From the NCBI GenBank assembly GCA_937928755.1, contig CALEZI010000101.1, forward strand, positions 30,509 to 94,508: a DNA stretch of 64,000 nt, given 5' to 3'. The position numbers and the translations under genes are program-made. Source of the stretch: an uncultured Rhodanobacteraceae bacterium. Its GTDB lineage: Bacteria; Pseudomonadota; Gammaproteobacteria; Xanthomonadales; SZUA-5. The notes under the pieces are model-generated. The model searched no databases and was not told where the DNA came from. It saw nothing but the letters and a program-made list of their open reading frames with translations. Below, one piece after another: positions 17,685-28,552 of this stretch; positions within the stretch are counted from its first letter, which is position 1, and each line of letters opens with the position of its first letter.

Positions 17685-17795
17685 GTCATTGCGAGCGTAG
17701 CGAAGCAATCCAGTGCCTCTGCTTGGTTGTTTCTGGAACCGGCAGAGCAGCGAAAGGTCACTGGATTGCCACGTCGCTTCGCTCCTCGCAATGAC
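17685..17795. repeat. hairpin repeat family C (GTCATTGCGAG..GCGAAGCAATCCAGTG arms), copy 1
   Basis: Arms 17685..17715 and 17759..17795. Related copies at 31632..31715 and 44161..44306. Confidence 0.85.
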
Positions 17796-17895
17796 GAAGT
17801 TCCACGGCCTCATCGCGAGTTCCACCCGATTGCCGCACCACGTTTGGCACACCGCCATGGCGCATCCAGCGCTGGCGTTGCGCAAGGAGATCACC

Positions 17896-19809
17896 ATGGT
17901 CAACGTACAACTCCCCGACGGTTCCGTTCGTTCCTTTGAGCAATCGGTGACGATCGCCGAGGTCGCCGCCAACATCGGCCCGGGCCTGGCCAAGGCGACG
18001 CTCGCCGGAAAGGTCGATGGCAAGCTCGTCGATGCCAGCTTCCGCATCGAGCGCGACAGCAAGCTAGAAATCGTCACCGAGAAGCACGCCGACGCGCTCG
18101 ACATCGTGCGCCATTCGACGGCGCATCTGATGGCGCAGGCGACGCAGCGGCTGTTTCCGAAGGCGCAGGTCACCATCGGCCCGGTGGTCGACAACGGCTT
18201 CTATTACGACTTCGCTTTCGAGCGCGCGTTCACGCCGGAGGATCTCGCCGCCATTGAGGCGGAAATGGCGAAGATCGTCGCCGAGGCCCTGCCGGTGCAG
18301 CGCAGCCTGATGGCCAAGGACGACGCCATCGCCTTCTTCAAGGCCAAGGGCGAGGCGTTCAAGGCCGAAATCATCGACGACATCATTCCGCCGGGCGAGG
18401 ACATCTCGCTGTACGGGCAGGGCGAGTGGGTCGATCTATGCCGCGGTCCGCACGTGCCGAACACGGCCAGGCTCGGCAGCTTCAAGCTGATGAAGGTGGC
18501 CGGCGCCTACTGGCGCGGCGACTCCAAGAACCAGCAGTTGCAGCGCGTCTACGGTACGGCCTGGTTGAACAAGAAAGATCTCGCCGCCTACCTGATGCAA
18601 CTGGAGGAGGCGGAGAAGCGCGACCATCGCAAGCTCGCCAGGCAGCTCGATCTGTTCCACATGCAGGATGAGGCGCCGGGCCTGGTGTTCTGGCACCCGA
18701 AAGGCTGGGCGCTGTGGCAGGTGGTCGAGCAGTACATGCGCCGCGTCTATCGCGACAACGGCTACCAGGAAGTCCGCGGGCCGCAGATCCTCGACCGCAC
18801 GCTGTGGGAGAAGTCCGGCCACTGGGAGAACTTCAAGGACAACATGTTCACGACGCACTCGGAGAACCGCGACTACGCGGTCAAGCCGATGAACTGCCCG
18901 GGACATATCCAGATCTACAACCACGGCCTGCACAGCTACCGCGAACTGCCGATCCGCTTCGGCGAGTTCGGCGCCTGCCATCGCAACGAACCGTCCGGCG
19001 CGCTGCACGGCATCATGCGCGTGCGCGGCTTCACCCAGGACGACGGCCACATCTTCTGCACCGAAGACCAGATCCAGTCCGAGGTGTCGGCCTTCATCGC
19101 GCTGCTGCGCAAGGTCTACCGCGACTTCGGCTTCGACGAGATCCTCTACAAGCTGTCGACGCGGCCGGAAAAGCGTGTCGGCTCCGACGAGATCTGGGAC
19201 AAGGCCGAGTCCGCGCTGCAGACGGCGCTGGAGTCCGAAGGCATCGAGTATCAGTTGCAGCCGGGCGAGGGTGCGTTCTATGGCCCGAAGATCGAGTTCA
19301 CGCTGAAGGACGCGATCGGCCGCCTGTGGCAATGCGGCACCATCCAGGTCGATTTTTCGATGACGGCGCGCCTCGGCGCCGAATACGTGGCCGAGGATTC
19401 CAGCCGCAAGACGCCGGTCATGCTGCACCGTGCGATCCTGGGTTCGCTGGAGCGTTTCATCGGCATCCTGATCGAAAATCACGCCGGCGCTTTGCCGCTG
19501 TGGCTGGCGCCGGTGCAGGCTGTGGTGATGGGAATTACCGACGCGCAGGCGAAATATGTCGAAGAAGTGGCCAAAACCCTTGCCAATCAAGACTTCCGGG
19601 TCGTTTCGGACTTGAGGAACGAGAAGGTCGGCTATAAAATCCGCGAGCACACGCTGCAGAAGATTCCCTACCTGCTGGTCGCGGGAGAGCGCGAGAAGGA
19701 GTTGGGGAGCATCTCGGTCCGCCGTCGTACGGGCGAGGACCTCGGCGTGATGACGGTCGCGGAGTTTGCCGACCGCCTGCGGGCGGAAGCGTTGTCCCAC
19801 GGTCGTTGA
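17896..19809 (+). CDS. thrS: threonine--tRNA ligase
   Basis: Start moved to ATG 17896 (SD AAGGAGA at 17884..17890). The protein begins [15 protein letters not shown] (TGS domain). Class II motifs and HRA...GS.ERF are present. Confidence 0.95.
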   Translation: MVNVQLPDGSVRSFEQSVTIAEVAANIGPGLAKATLAGKVDGKLVDASFRIERDSKLEIVTEKHADALDIVRHSTAHLMAQATQRLFPKAQVTIGPVVDNGFYYDFAFERAFTPEDLAAIEAEMAKIVAEALPVQRSLMAKDDAIAFFKAKGEAFKAEIIDDIIPPGEDISLYGQGEWVDLCRGPHVPNTARLGSFKLMKVAGAYWRGDSKNQQLQRVYGTAWLNKKDLAAYLMQLEEAEKRDHRKLARQLDLFHMQDEAPGLVFWHPKGWALWQVVEQYMRRVYRDNGYQEVRGPQILDRTLWEKSGHWENFKDNMFTTHSENRDYAVKPMNCPGHIQIYNHGLHSYRELPIRFGEFGACHRNEPSGALHGIMRVRGFTQDDGHIFCTEDQIQSEVSAFIALLRKVYRDFGFDEILYKLSTRPEKRVGSDEIWDKAESALQTALESEGIEYQLQPGEGAFYGPKIEFTLKDAIGRLWQCGTIQVDFSMTARLGAEYVAEDSSRKTPVMLHRAILGSLERFIGILIENHAGALPLWLAPVQAVVMGITDAQAKYVEEVAKTLANQDFRVVSDLRNEKVGYKIREHTLQKIPYLLVAGEREKELGSISVRRRTGEDLGVMTVAEFADRLRAEALSHGR

Positions 19810-19857
19810 CGGTGCCGATGCCGTTTTCATCGGTCTGATCATCAAGGAGTCGCAGCC

Positions 19858-20391
19858 ATAGCTGTCCTGGAACGTCCCACCCGGAAGAACGAAGATATCC
19901 GTGTCCCGCAGATTCGCGTGATCGGCCCTGATGGCGAACAGGTTGGAATCCTGGCTCGACTCGATGCCTTGCGCATGGCGCAGGACGCCGGGCTCGATCT
20001 GGTCGAGATCCAGCCGAATGCCGAGCCGCCGGTCTGCCGGATCATGGATTTCGGCAAGTTCAAGTTCGAACTGCAGAAGAAGGCCAATCTGGCCAAGAAG
20101 AAGCAGAAGCAGGTCGAAATCAAGGAGATGAAGTTCCGTCCGGGCACCGACGATGGCGATTTCAACGTCAAGATGAAGGCGATCCGGCGTTTCCTGGAAG
20201 AGGGCGACAAGGTCAAGATCAACTTGCGATTCCGCGGTCGCGAACTGGCGCACATCGATATCGGCGACGCGATGTTGACGCGCATCGCCAAGGAAGTGGG
20301 CGAGGACGCGGTGGTCGAACAGCGGTCACGGGTCGAGGGTCGTGTGATGAGCATGATGATCTCGCCCAAGAAGAAGGTAGTGCAGGCCTGA
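19858..20391 (+). CDS. infC: translation initiation factor IF-3 (non-canonical ATA start)
   Basis: The track starts at GTG 19918, but homology to IF-3 (RKNEDIRVPQIRVIGPDGEQ aligns with E. coli [21 protein letters not shown]) extends upstream. ATA 19858 sits 8 nt after SD AAGGAG (19844..19849). No ATG/GTG/TTG is available in frame. Confidence 0.85.
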   Translation: MAVLERPTRKNEDIRVPQIRVIGPDGEQVGILARLDALRMAQDAGLDLVEIQPNAEPPVCRIMDFGKFKFELQKKANLAKKKQKQVEIKEMKFRPGTDDGDFNVKMKAIRRFLEEGDKVKINLRFRGRELAHIDIGDAMLTRIAKEVGEDAVVEQRSRVEGRVMSMMISPKKKVVQA

Positions 20392-20564
20392 TCGTCTGCT
20401 CTATGGGCGCAAGCTAGTCTTGCGTCCGCTTTACCCCCGCCAGGGATCTGGTGGGTTACTCCTCCGGGCAACCGGATCTTCGCAGTCAATCGGGTACGGA
20501 TCAGGAAAGTACCGGGCGTCGCTCGGTCACCCGCTGACTCAATCAAGTGAGTGAAGGAAAGACA

Positions 20565-20762
20565 ATGCCAAAGATGAAAACCAACCGAGCGGCGGCCAAG
20601 CGCTTCCGCAAGATCGGCTCGGGCAAGTTCAAGTGTGGCCATGCGTTCAAGAGCCACATCCTGACCAAGAAGTCCACCAAGCAGAAGCGCGGTCTGCGCG
20701 CTCCGAATCTCGTTCGGGCGGAAGACGCAGGTCGCGTCGCACGCATGCTGCCTTACGCATAA
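20565..20762 (+). CDS. rpmI: 50S ribosomal protein L35
   Basis: [34 protein letters not shown] lies upstream. Confidence 0.93.
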   Translation: MPKMKTNRAAAKRFRKIGSGKFKCGHAFKSHILTKKSTKQKRGLRAPNLVRAEDAGRVARMLPYA

Positions 20763-20777
20763 GGGGAGGACTTTCCA

Positions 20778-21137
20778 ATGGCACGAGTCAAACGTGGTGT
20801 AACGGCGCGTCGGCGCCACAAGAAGCTGCTGTCGCGCGCGAAGGGTTATTACAACGCCCGCCGCAAGGTTTATCGCGTCGCCAAGCAGGCGGTCACCAAG
20901 GCACTGCAGTACGCCTATATCGGCCGCAAGCTGAAGAAGCGCGAGTACCGTTCGCTGTGGATCGTCCGCATCAACGCCGCCGCGCGTATGTGCGGCATGA
21001 GCTACAGCCGCTTGATCAATGGCCTGACCAAGGCTGGCATCAAGATCGACCGCAAGGTCCTGGCCGATCTGGCGGTGCACGACATGGTGGCGTTCAAGGC
21101 GATCGCCGATCAGGCCAAGGCCAAGTTGGCGGCTTGA
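20778..21137 (+). CDS. rplT: 50S ribosomal protein L20
   Basis: [37 protein letters not shown]. Confidence 0.96.
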   Translation: MARVKRGVTARRRHKKLLSRAKGYYNARRKVYRVAKQAVTKALQYAYIGRKLKKREYRSLWIVRINAAARMCGMSYSRLINGLTKAGIKIDRKVLADLAVHDMVAFKAIADQAKAKLAA

Positions 21138-21149
21138 GACATTGGACGT

Positions 21150-21219
21150 AGGTCACGTTGCCCGCAGGGCTACGTGACACGCAGCCGGATGTCACGTAGC
21201 CCTGCTGGCAACGTGACCT
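21150..21219. repeat. nested palindrome: two 30-nt arms (21150..21179, 21190..21219), each itself a GTCACGT..ACGTGAC hairpin
   Basis: The arms are reverse complements with 1 mismatch and a 10-nt spacer. Lies directly after the rplT stop. Confidence 0.8.
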
Positions 21220-21262
21220 GCGAATGTGCGGTAAATGCGCGACCAACGTCATCGCTGGTACC

Positions 21263-21300
21263 GAACGGGGAGAAGCTTGCTTTTCCCCGTTCTTGTTTCT
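21263..21300 (+). terminator. strong intrinsic terminator/attenuator hairpin GAACGGGGA..TCCCCGTTC + TTGTTTCT, 25 nt before pheS ATG
   Basis: 9-bp GC-rich stem, extendable with one G-U pair. A U-rich tail follows. There is no room for a promoter between it and pheS. Confidence 0.65.
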
Positions 21301-21324
21301 GGGGCTTCGATTTCCGGGCAAGAC

Positions 21325-22317
21325 ATGAACCTCGAGCAAGTTCTCAGCGATGCGCTGCCGCGCATCGACTCCGCATCCGATCCGGCCGCGCTCGATGCCT
21401 TGCGCGTCGAGTTCCTCGGCAAGTCCGGCAGCGTCACCGCGCTGCTGAAGTCGCTCGGCAGCCTGTCTCCGGACGAGCGCAAACAACGCGGCGCCGAAGT
21501 CAATCGCCTGCGCGATGCGCTGAGCGAAGCGCTGAACTCGCGCAAGTCGGCGCTCGATGCGGTCGCGCTGGCCGCCAAGCTCGAACGTGAGCGCATCGAC
21601 ATCAGCCTTCCGGGTCGCCAGGTCGGCGTGGGTGGCCTGCATCCGATCACCCGGGCGCTGGATCGAATCGTCGGCATCTTCGAGCACCTCGGCTACACGG
21701 TGGCCGATGGCCCGGAGATCGAAGATGACTGGCACAACTTCGAAGCGTTGAACTTCCCGCCCGATCATCCGGCGCGGACCATGCACGACACGTTCTATTT
21801 CCCCGATGGCCGCTTGCTGCGCACGCACACCTCGCCGGTGCAGATCCGCGTGATGCTGGAAAAGCAACCGCCGGTACGCGTGATCATCCCCGGCAAGGTC
21901 TATCGCAGCGATTCCGACCAGACGCATTCGCCGATGTTCCATCAGGTCGAAGGCCTGGTGGTCGGCGAGGACATCAATTTCGCCGATCTCAAGGGCACGC
22001 TGCTGAACTTCGTGCGGGCCTTCTTCGAGCGCGAACCGAAGCTGTTGTTCCGGCCGTCGTACTTCCCTTTCACCGAGCCGTCGGCCGACGTCTTGATGAA
22101 CTGGGAACTGCCGGACGGCAGCGAGCGCTGGCTGGAAGTGCTCGGCTGCGGCATGGTGCACCCGAACGTGCTGCGCAACTGCGGCGTCGACCCCGAGCGC
22201 TATACCGGTTTCGCCTTCGGTCTCGGCGTCGAACGTTTCGCGATGCTGCGCTACGGCGTCACCGACCTGCGCGCGTTCTTCGAGAACGACTTGCGCTTCC
22301 TCGGGCAGTTCGCCTGA
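21325..22317 (+). CDS. pheS: phenylalanine--tRNA ligase alpha subunit
   Basis: Start moved to ATG 21325 ([11 protein letters not shown]...). Contains [23 protein letters not shown] and class II motifs. Confidence 0.95.
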   Translation: MNLEQVLSDALPRIDSASDPAALDALRVEFLGKSGSVTALLKSLGSLSPDERKQRGAEVNRLRDALSEALNSRKSALDAVALAAKLERERIDISLPGRQVGVGGLHPITRALDRIVGIFEHLGYTVADGPEIEDDWHNFEALNFPPDHPARTMHDTFYFPDGRLLRTHTSPVQIRVMLEKQPPVRVIIPGKVYRSDSDQTHSPMFHQVEGLVVGEDINFADLKGTLLNFVRAFFEREPKLLFRPSYFPFTEPSADVLMNWELPDGSERWLEVLGCGMVHPNVLRNCGVDPERYTGFAFGLGVERFAMLRYGVTDLRAFFENDLRFLGQFA

Positions 22318-22360
22318 CGCGAGTTGATTGCTCGTCCATGGAACTGCATGGAAATCCGAT

Positions 22361-22478
22361 AACTGCATTTGGCCCGCAAAGGACGCAAAGTACGCAAAGA
22401 GAAGCGAAAGGCCTCCTTTGCACTCAGCTCTACTTTGCGTTCTTTGCGTCCTTTGCGGACGGCTCTTGGGCCGTTATG
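22361..22478. repeat. family B MITE-like element, copy 2 (shorter)
   Basis: ccgcaaaggacgcaaagtacgcaaag ... ctttgcgttctttgcgtcctttgcgga, with a shared cgttatg flank. Lies between pheS and pheT. Confidence 0.8.
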
Positions 22479-22504
22479 TAACGTCATCACTGTCGAGAGC
22501 CACA

Positions 22505-24868
22505 ATGAAGTTCTCCGAGAATTGGTTGCGCGAACTGGTTGATATTCCTGCCGATCGCGCTGCGCTTGCGCATCGATTGACGATGTGTGGTCTTGAGGTC
22601 GAATCGACCGAAGTGCTGGGTGCGGGTCTGGATGGCGTGCTGATCGGCGAGATCGTCGACGCCGTGCAGCACCCCAACGCTGATCGCCTGCGCGTGTGCA
22701 CGGTGAACGCCGGCCTGGAGTCGCCGCTGCAGATCGTGTGTGGCGCGCCGAATGCGCGCGTGGGCTTGAAGGCGCCGCTGGCCATCGTTGGTGCGGTGCT
22801 GCCGGGCGGACTCGAGATCAAGGCGGCCAAACTGCGCGGTGTCGACTCCTTCGGCATGTTGTGCTCGGCCAGAGAGCTCGGCACCGATGCCGATGCCTCC
22901 GGTCTGCTCGAATTGCCCGCCGATGCCCCGGTCGGCGTCTCGTTTGCGGCCTGGCTGGGACTTCCGGACGCGATCATCGAGCTCGGACTTACCCCGAATC
23001 GCAGCGATTGCCTCGGCATGCGCGGACTGGCGCTGGAAGTGGCGGCGGAGTTCGGTACCACCGCAAGCTTGTCGGCGATCACGCCGGTGGCCGCCGGCCA
23101 TGCCGAACAACTGGCGATCGAGCTGGTCCCCGATGCAGGCTGCCCACGCTACTGCGGGCGCATCATCAGCGGTCTCGACGGCACAGCGCGGACGCCGGGC
23201 TGGATGATCGAACGCCTGCGGCGTGCCGGTCTGCGCCCGATCAGCGCGCTGGTGGACGTCACCAATTACGTGATGCTGGAACTCGGCCAACCGTTGCATG
23301 CCTTCGACGCGGACTGCATTCGCGGCAGCATCGAGGTGCGCCGCGCCCACCCCGGCGAAACCTGTACTTTGTTGGACGGTCGCGAGGTGGCGCTCGATTC
23401 CGAGTTTCTGGTGATCGCCGATGATGTCGGTGCTGTCGCGCTGGCGGGCGTGATGGGCGGCTTCGGTTCGCGCATCACTGAAACCACGCGGCGCGTCTTT
23501 CTGGAGAGCGCGCACTTTGCGCCCGCCGCGATCAGCGGACGCGCGCGCCGATTGGGTCTGCATACCGACGCCTCGCACCGCTTCGAGCGTGGGGTCGATC
23601 CGGAGCTTCCGCGCCTCGCGCTGGAACGTGCGACGGCATTGCTTCTGGAAATTGCCGGCGGCAGCGCCGGACCGGTCAGCGAAGCCCTGATCGCCGACGA
23701 ATTGCCGGTTCGCGCTGCGGTGCGACTGCGGCACGCGCGATTGGCACGAGTGCTGGGCATCGAGATCCCGGCAGCGACGGTCGAGTTCATACTGTTCACG
23801 CTGGGCATGCAGGTGACGCCGGCTGTCGACCATTGGATTGTCGTGCCCCCCAGCTGGCGCTTCGACATAAGCATCGAGGAAGACCTGATCGAGGAGGTTG
23901 CACGCATCCACGGCTACGATCAGATCCCGACGGTCGCGCCGCGCGGCGAACTCAATGTCGAGCCGGTCAGCGAATTGCGATTGCCGTTGATCCGCATGCG
24001 CGAGCGCCTGGTGGCCCGGGGTTATTCCGAGGCGATCACCTTTGCTTTTCTCGGCGAAGACGAACTGCAGCGCTGGGGTCTCGATCGGGATGTACTGGCG
24101 CTGGCCAATCCGCTCTCCAATGACCTGGCGATCATGCGCACCTCCTTGTTGCCCGGTCTGACTGCGGCGCTGCTGCGCAACCAGAATCGACAGCAGGCGC
24201 GGATTCGCCTGTTCGAACTCGGGCGCAGTTATCGCGCGAGCGTCAACGGACCGATCGAGACCGAACTGCTGTCGCTGATCGTCAGCGGCGACGCGCGCCC
24301 TGAGCAGTGGGGCGAAAAGGCACGTCCGGTGGACTTTCACGACCTCAAGGGCGATGTCGAGGCATGCACCGAAGGACGCGGACGCTGGGTCGCCGGTGGT
24401 CCGGATTGCCTGCATCCCGGGCGCCGGGCGCAGTTGCTCATCGGTGAACAGGTCGCCGGGTTCATCGGTGCGCTGCATCCGGAACTGGTGCGCCGGTTGG
24501 ACCTGACCGGTGAAGTGCAGGTGGCTGAGCTGAACCTCGACGTGATCCGCGCGCGACAGATGCCAAAGCCCGCGGAATTGTCCCGCTTTCCTTCGGTTCG
24601 CCGCGACCTGGCATTGGTGTTGCCCGAGCACATCGATTACGCCAGCCTCGATCGCTGCGTGACGACCGCCGCCGGCAGCCTGCTGCGCGAACTTCGACTG
24701 TTCGACGTCTATCGCGGCCCGGGTATCGAAACCGGCTGCAAAAGCTTCGCTATCGGCTTGATTTTGCAAGACGATTCGCGCACTCTTAGCGATGCGGATG
24801 TGGACCGGTTGGTGGCCGCTGTGGTTGAGCGTGCAGCCGCGGAACTTGGGGCTCTGGTGCGGAGTTAA
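22505..24868 (+). CDS. pheT: phenylalanine--tRNA ligase beta subunit
   Basis: Start moved to ATG 22505 (MKFSENWLRELV). 787 aa with tRNA-binding, B3/4, B5 and FDX-ACB regions. Confidence 0.95.
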   Translation: MKFSENWLRELVDIPADRAALAHRLTMCGLEVESTEVLGAGLDGVLIGEIVDAVQHPNADRLRVCTVNAGLESPLQIVCGAPNARVGLKAPLAIVGAVLPGGLEIKAAKLRGVDSFGMLCSARELGTDADASGLLELPADAPVGVSFAAWLGLPDAIIELGLTPNRSDCLGMRGLALEVAAEFGTTASLSAITPVAAGHAEQLAIELVPDAGCPRYCGRIISGLDGTARTPGWMIERLRRAGLRPISALVDVTNYVMLELGQPLHAFDADCIRGSIEVRRAHPGETCTLLDGREVALDSEFLVIADDVGAVALAGVMGGFGSRITETTRRVFLESAHFAPAAISGRARRLGLHTDASHRFERGVDPELPRLALERATALLLEIAGGSAGPVSEALIADELPVRAAVRLRHARLARVLGIEIPAATVEFILFTLGMQVTPAVDHWIVVPPSWRFDISIEEDLIEEVARIHGYDQIPTVAPRGELNVEPVSELRLPLIRMRERLVARGYSEAITFAFLGEDELQRWGLDRDVLALANPLSNDLAIMRTSLLPGLTAALLRNQNRQQARIRLFELGRSYRASVNGPIETELLSLIVSGDARPEQWGEKARPVDFHDLKGDVEACTEGRGRWVAGGPDCLHPGRRAQLLIGEQVAGFIGALHPELVRRLDLTGEVQVAELNLDVIRARQMPKPAELSRFPSVRRDLALVLPEHIDYASLDRCVTTAAGSLLRELRLFDVYRGPGIETGCKSFAIGLILQDDSRTLSDADVDRLVAAVVERAAAELGALVRS

Positions 24869-24871
24869 GGG

Positions 24872-25171
24872 ATGGCGCTGACCAAGGCCGAGATGGCCCA
24901 ACGCTTGTTCGAGGACGTTGGACTCAACAAGCGTGAGGCCAAGGAGTTCGTCGATATCTTCTTCGACGTCATCCGCGAGGCGCTCGAGAAGGGGGAGAAC
25001 GTCAAGCTTTCGGGCTTTGGCAATTTCGATCTGCGCGAGAAGAACCAACGCCCAGGCCGCAATCCGAAGACCGGCGAGGAGATTCCGATCTCTGCGCGCC
25101 GTGTGGTGACGTTCAGGGCAGGGCAGAAGCTCAAGGCGCGAGTAGAGGCTTATGCTGGATCCGGGCAGTAA
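24872..25171 (+). CDS. ihfA: integration host factor alpha subunit
   Basis: [28 protein letters not shown]...[26 protein letters not shown]. Confidence 0.95.
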   Translation: MALTKAEMAQRLFEDVGLNKREAKEFVDIFFDVIREALEKGENVKLSGFGNFDLREKNQRPGRNPKTGEEIPISARRVVTFRAGQKLKARVEAYAGSGQ

Positions 25172-25538
25172 CAGCGAGCTTCCGCCAATCCCGGCCAAGC
25201 GCTACTTCACCATCGGTGAGGTCAGCGAATTGTGTGGTGTCAAGCCGCACGTGCTGCGCTATTGGGAGCAGGAGTTCCCCAGCCTGAAGCCGGTCAAGCG
25301 CCGTGGCAATCGTCGCTATTACCAGCGCCACGATGTGCTGATGATCCGCCAGATCCGCAGTCTGCTTTACGAACAGGGCTTTACCATCGGCGGCGCGCGG
25401 CAGCGGCTGGATGGCGAAGCCAACGGCAAGGCCGACAAGCTGGACAAGTCGGACCGGCCTGAAGGCAAGATTCCGGCTGAACTCGTGCGCCAGATGCGCC
25501 TCGACCTCGAGGCGGTGCTGGAAATCCTGCGCGTCTGA
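25152..25538 (+). CDS. MerR-family transcriptional regulator
   Basis: [40 protein letters not shown]. Overlaps the ihfA end by 20 nt. Confidence 0.85.
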   Translation: MLDPGSNSELPPIPAKRYFTIGEVSELCGVKPHVLRYWEQEFPSLKPVKRRGNRRYYQRHDVLMIRQIRSLLYEQGFTIGGARQRLDGEANGKADKLDKSDRPEGKIPAELVRQMRLDLEAVLEILRV

Positions 25539-25551
25539 AGCTGCGAGTGAC

Positions 25552-25633
25552 GTGTGGGAGCGACCTTGTGTCGCGAACTTTGCTTTGCCGTGTCCCGGCA
25601 CAAGAGCTCGCGACACAAGGTCGCTCCCACAGG
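25552..25633. repeat. REP-variant inverted pair (GTGTGGGAGCGACCTTGTGTCGCGAAC and its complement)
   Basis: Forward copy 25552..25578, reverse copy 25604..25633. Lies between the merR-like gene and tRNA-Pro. Confidence 0.85.
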
Positions 25634-25687
25634 TCTGTCGGTCCTACCCAGCAAGCTTGTAATCCTGTAGCCTCCGCCTCCTTCGGT

Positions 25688-25764
25688 CGGGGCGTAGCGC
25701 AGCCTGGTAGCGCACTACAATGGGGTTGTAGGGGTCGAGAGTTCGAATCTCTCCGCCCCGACCA
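25688..25764 (+). tRNA. tRNA-Pro (anticodon GGG at 25722..25724)
   Basis: CGGGGCG acceptor paired with CGCCCCG, anticodon arm CTACA-ATGGGGT-TGTAG, T-arm GAGTTCGAATCTC, encoded CCA. Confidence 0.95.
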
Positions 25765-25770
25765 ATTTGA

Positions 25771-26793
<1,023 letters not shown>

Positions 26794-26943
26794 GGTCACG
26801 CCTCGGCCGGACGCGCACGGCGTTGCGTTGAACCTGGGTTGAAATGCGACACTCCCGGACGCAAGTCCTGATCAAGCCGGCAGATTTGCGTGCTCGTTCG
26901 GCTTGCTTGTGCCGCAAGTGGGTCACCCAGACTGGAGCTGTCG

Positions 26944-28305
26944 ATGGTCGATTCGCCACCCGCCACGCCGTTGTCGCAGTTCCGCAAGCTGTTCGACCGC
27001 ATGCCGGATATTGCCGTTCGTGGCTGTCGCGTGGATGGCACGCTGACGTACTGGAACGGCGCGGCGGAGCGGCTCTATGGCTACCGCTCCGACGAGGCTC
27101 TGGGGCAATCCCAGTTTGTACTGTTGCTCGGTCCCGAAGCGACTGACGAGGCTGCGGGCGAACTGCGTCGAGCCTGCGCACAGCGAATGCCGTTGCCGCT
27201 GACCGAGCAAACATGGCGCGCCAAGGATGGTCGAATGGTGGTCGTGCTCACGACGCAGATGGTGTTCGATGAGCCCGAGCATGCGCTCGAGATGTACTCG
27301 ATGGATGTCGATATCAGCTCGCGCGCTCGCGACGAAGCGCAATTGAGCCTTGCGGAAATGGTCTTCGAGCAGAGTCGCGAGGGCATCCTCATTGCCGATC
27401 GCGATCGCAATATCGTCAAGGTCAATCCGGCATTCACGACGATTACCGGGTACACCGAAGCCGAGGTGATTGGCCGCAATCCCCGTTTGCTGTCGTCCGG
27501 ACAACACGATGCCGATTTCTATCGCGACATGTGGTCGGAAATCGAAACCAGGGGTTCGTGGTTTGGTGAGGTCTGGAACCGGCGCAAGGATGGCACGGTG
27601 TATGCCGAGGCGCTGTCGATTGCGCGGGTCAATGCGGCCGACGGTCGGGTACAGCATTACATCAGCATCATCCGCGACATCACCGAGCGCAAGCGCGTCG
27701 AAGAGCAGATTCAGCGATTGGCGCATCATGACTCGCTGACCGGCCTGCCCAATCGCGCGTTGCTTGCCGATCGGGCCAGACAGGCCCTGAGCCTCGCGCG
27801 TCGCGGCGCGAGTCCCTTGACGCTGATGTTTCTGGATCTCGACCGCTTCAAGGAGATCAACGACTCGCTGGGACATCGCGTTGGCGACTTGTTGCTGATC
27901 GAGGTGGCGCGGCGTCTGCTGTCGGCGGTACGCGAACAGGACACGGTTTCGCGCCAGGGCGGCGATGAGTTCGTGCTGGCTTTGCCGGGTACCGATGCCG
28001 ATGGCGCTGCGCATGTGGCGGAAAAGGCGCGCGATCTGATCGCCGAGCCGATGACCATCGAGGGTCATGTGATCAGGGTCACCACGTCGATCGGAATTGC
28101 CGTGTTCCCGAACGATGCGGACGAGTTCGAGACTTTATCTCGTGCCGCCGACGTTGCCATGTATCGCGCCAAGCGCGAGGGCCGCAATACCTGGCGTTTT
28201 CACGTGTCGATGCTGGACGACGCGCCACCTGTAGCGACAGAAGTCGGCGACCGGCAGGCCGGGCCGGCGACCGACATCGGCTCGCCGTTGTGCAACAGAG
28301 GGTGA
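26944..28305 (+). CDS. PAS-PAS-GGDEF diguanylate cyclase
   Basis: Two PAS-like segments, then HHDSLTGLPNR and RQGGDEFVLALPG. ATG 26944 is preceded by GGAG. The track start 26890 (TTG) is an alternative. Confidence 0.85.
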   Translation: MVDSPPATPLSQFRKLFDRMPDIAVRGCRVDGTLTYWNGAAERLYGYRSDEALGQSQFVLLLGPEATDEAAGELRRACAQRMPLPLTEQTWRAKDGRMVVVLTTQMVFDEPEHALEMYSMDVDISSRARDEAQLSLAEMVFEQSREGILIADRDRNIVKVNPAFTTITGYTEAEVIGRNPRLLSSGQHDADFYRDMWSEIETRGSWFGEVWNRRKDGTVYAEALSIARVNAADGRVQHYISIIRDITERKRVEEQIQRLAHHDSLTGLPNRALLADRARQALSLARRGASPLTLMFLDLDRFKEINDSLGHRVGDLLLIEVARRLLSAVREQDTVSRQGGDEFVLALPGTDADGAAHVAEKARDLIAEPMTIEGHVIRVTTSIGIAVFPNDADEFETLSRAADVAMYRAKREGRNTWRFHVSMLDDAPPVATEVGDRQAGPATDIGSPLCNRG

Positions 28306-28452
28306 TTCCTGCACGTTTGCAAGCTCTCAGTCATACAAGTTTCGCGAATCTTTCCCGACTTCGTGGCATCCTAGGAAGTGCGCTGGCCACCGGATGATGG
28401 CCGCGGCTGGCGCCTCCGCTTCAAGTGCACTCCCCAGCGGATGACCTTCGCA

Positions 28453-28486
28453 ACCGCGACGGTGGCGACGCCGTCGCGGTTTTTTG
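28453..28486 (+). terminator. intrinsic terminator: 10-bp perfect stem ACCGCGACGG/CCGTCGCGGT + TTTTTG
   Basis: Read directly from the sequence. Plus-strand only, because there is no T run on the other side. Lies about 150 nt after the diguanylate cyclase stop. Confidence 0.6.
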
Positions 28487-28552
28487 TGTCGTTTTTTCCC
28501 TTGCGTTAGTCGAATAACCCTCCCTGCGGATCGGCGAGATCTGCCGCGCCGG

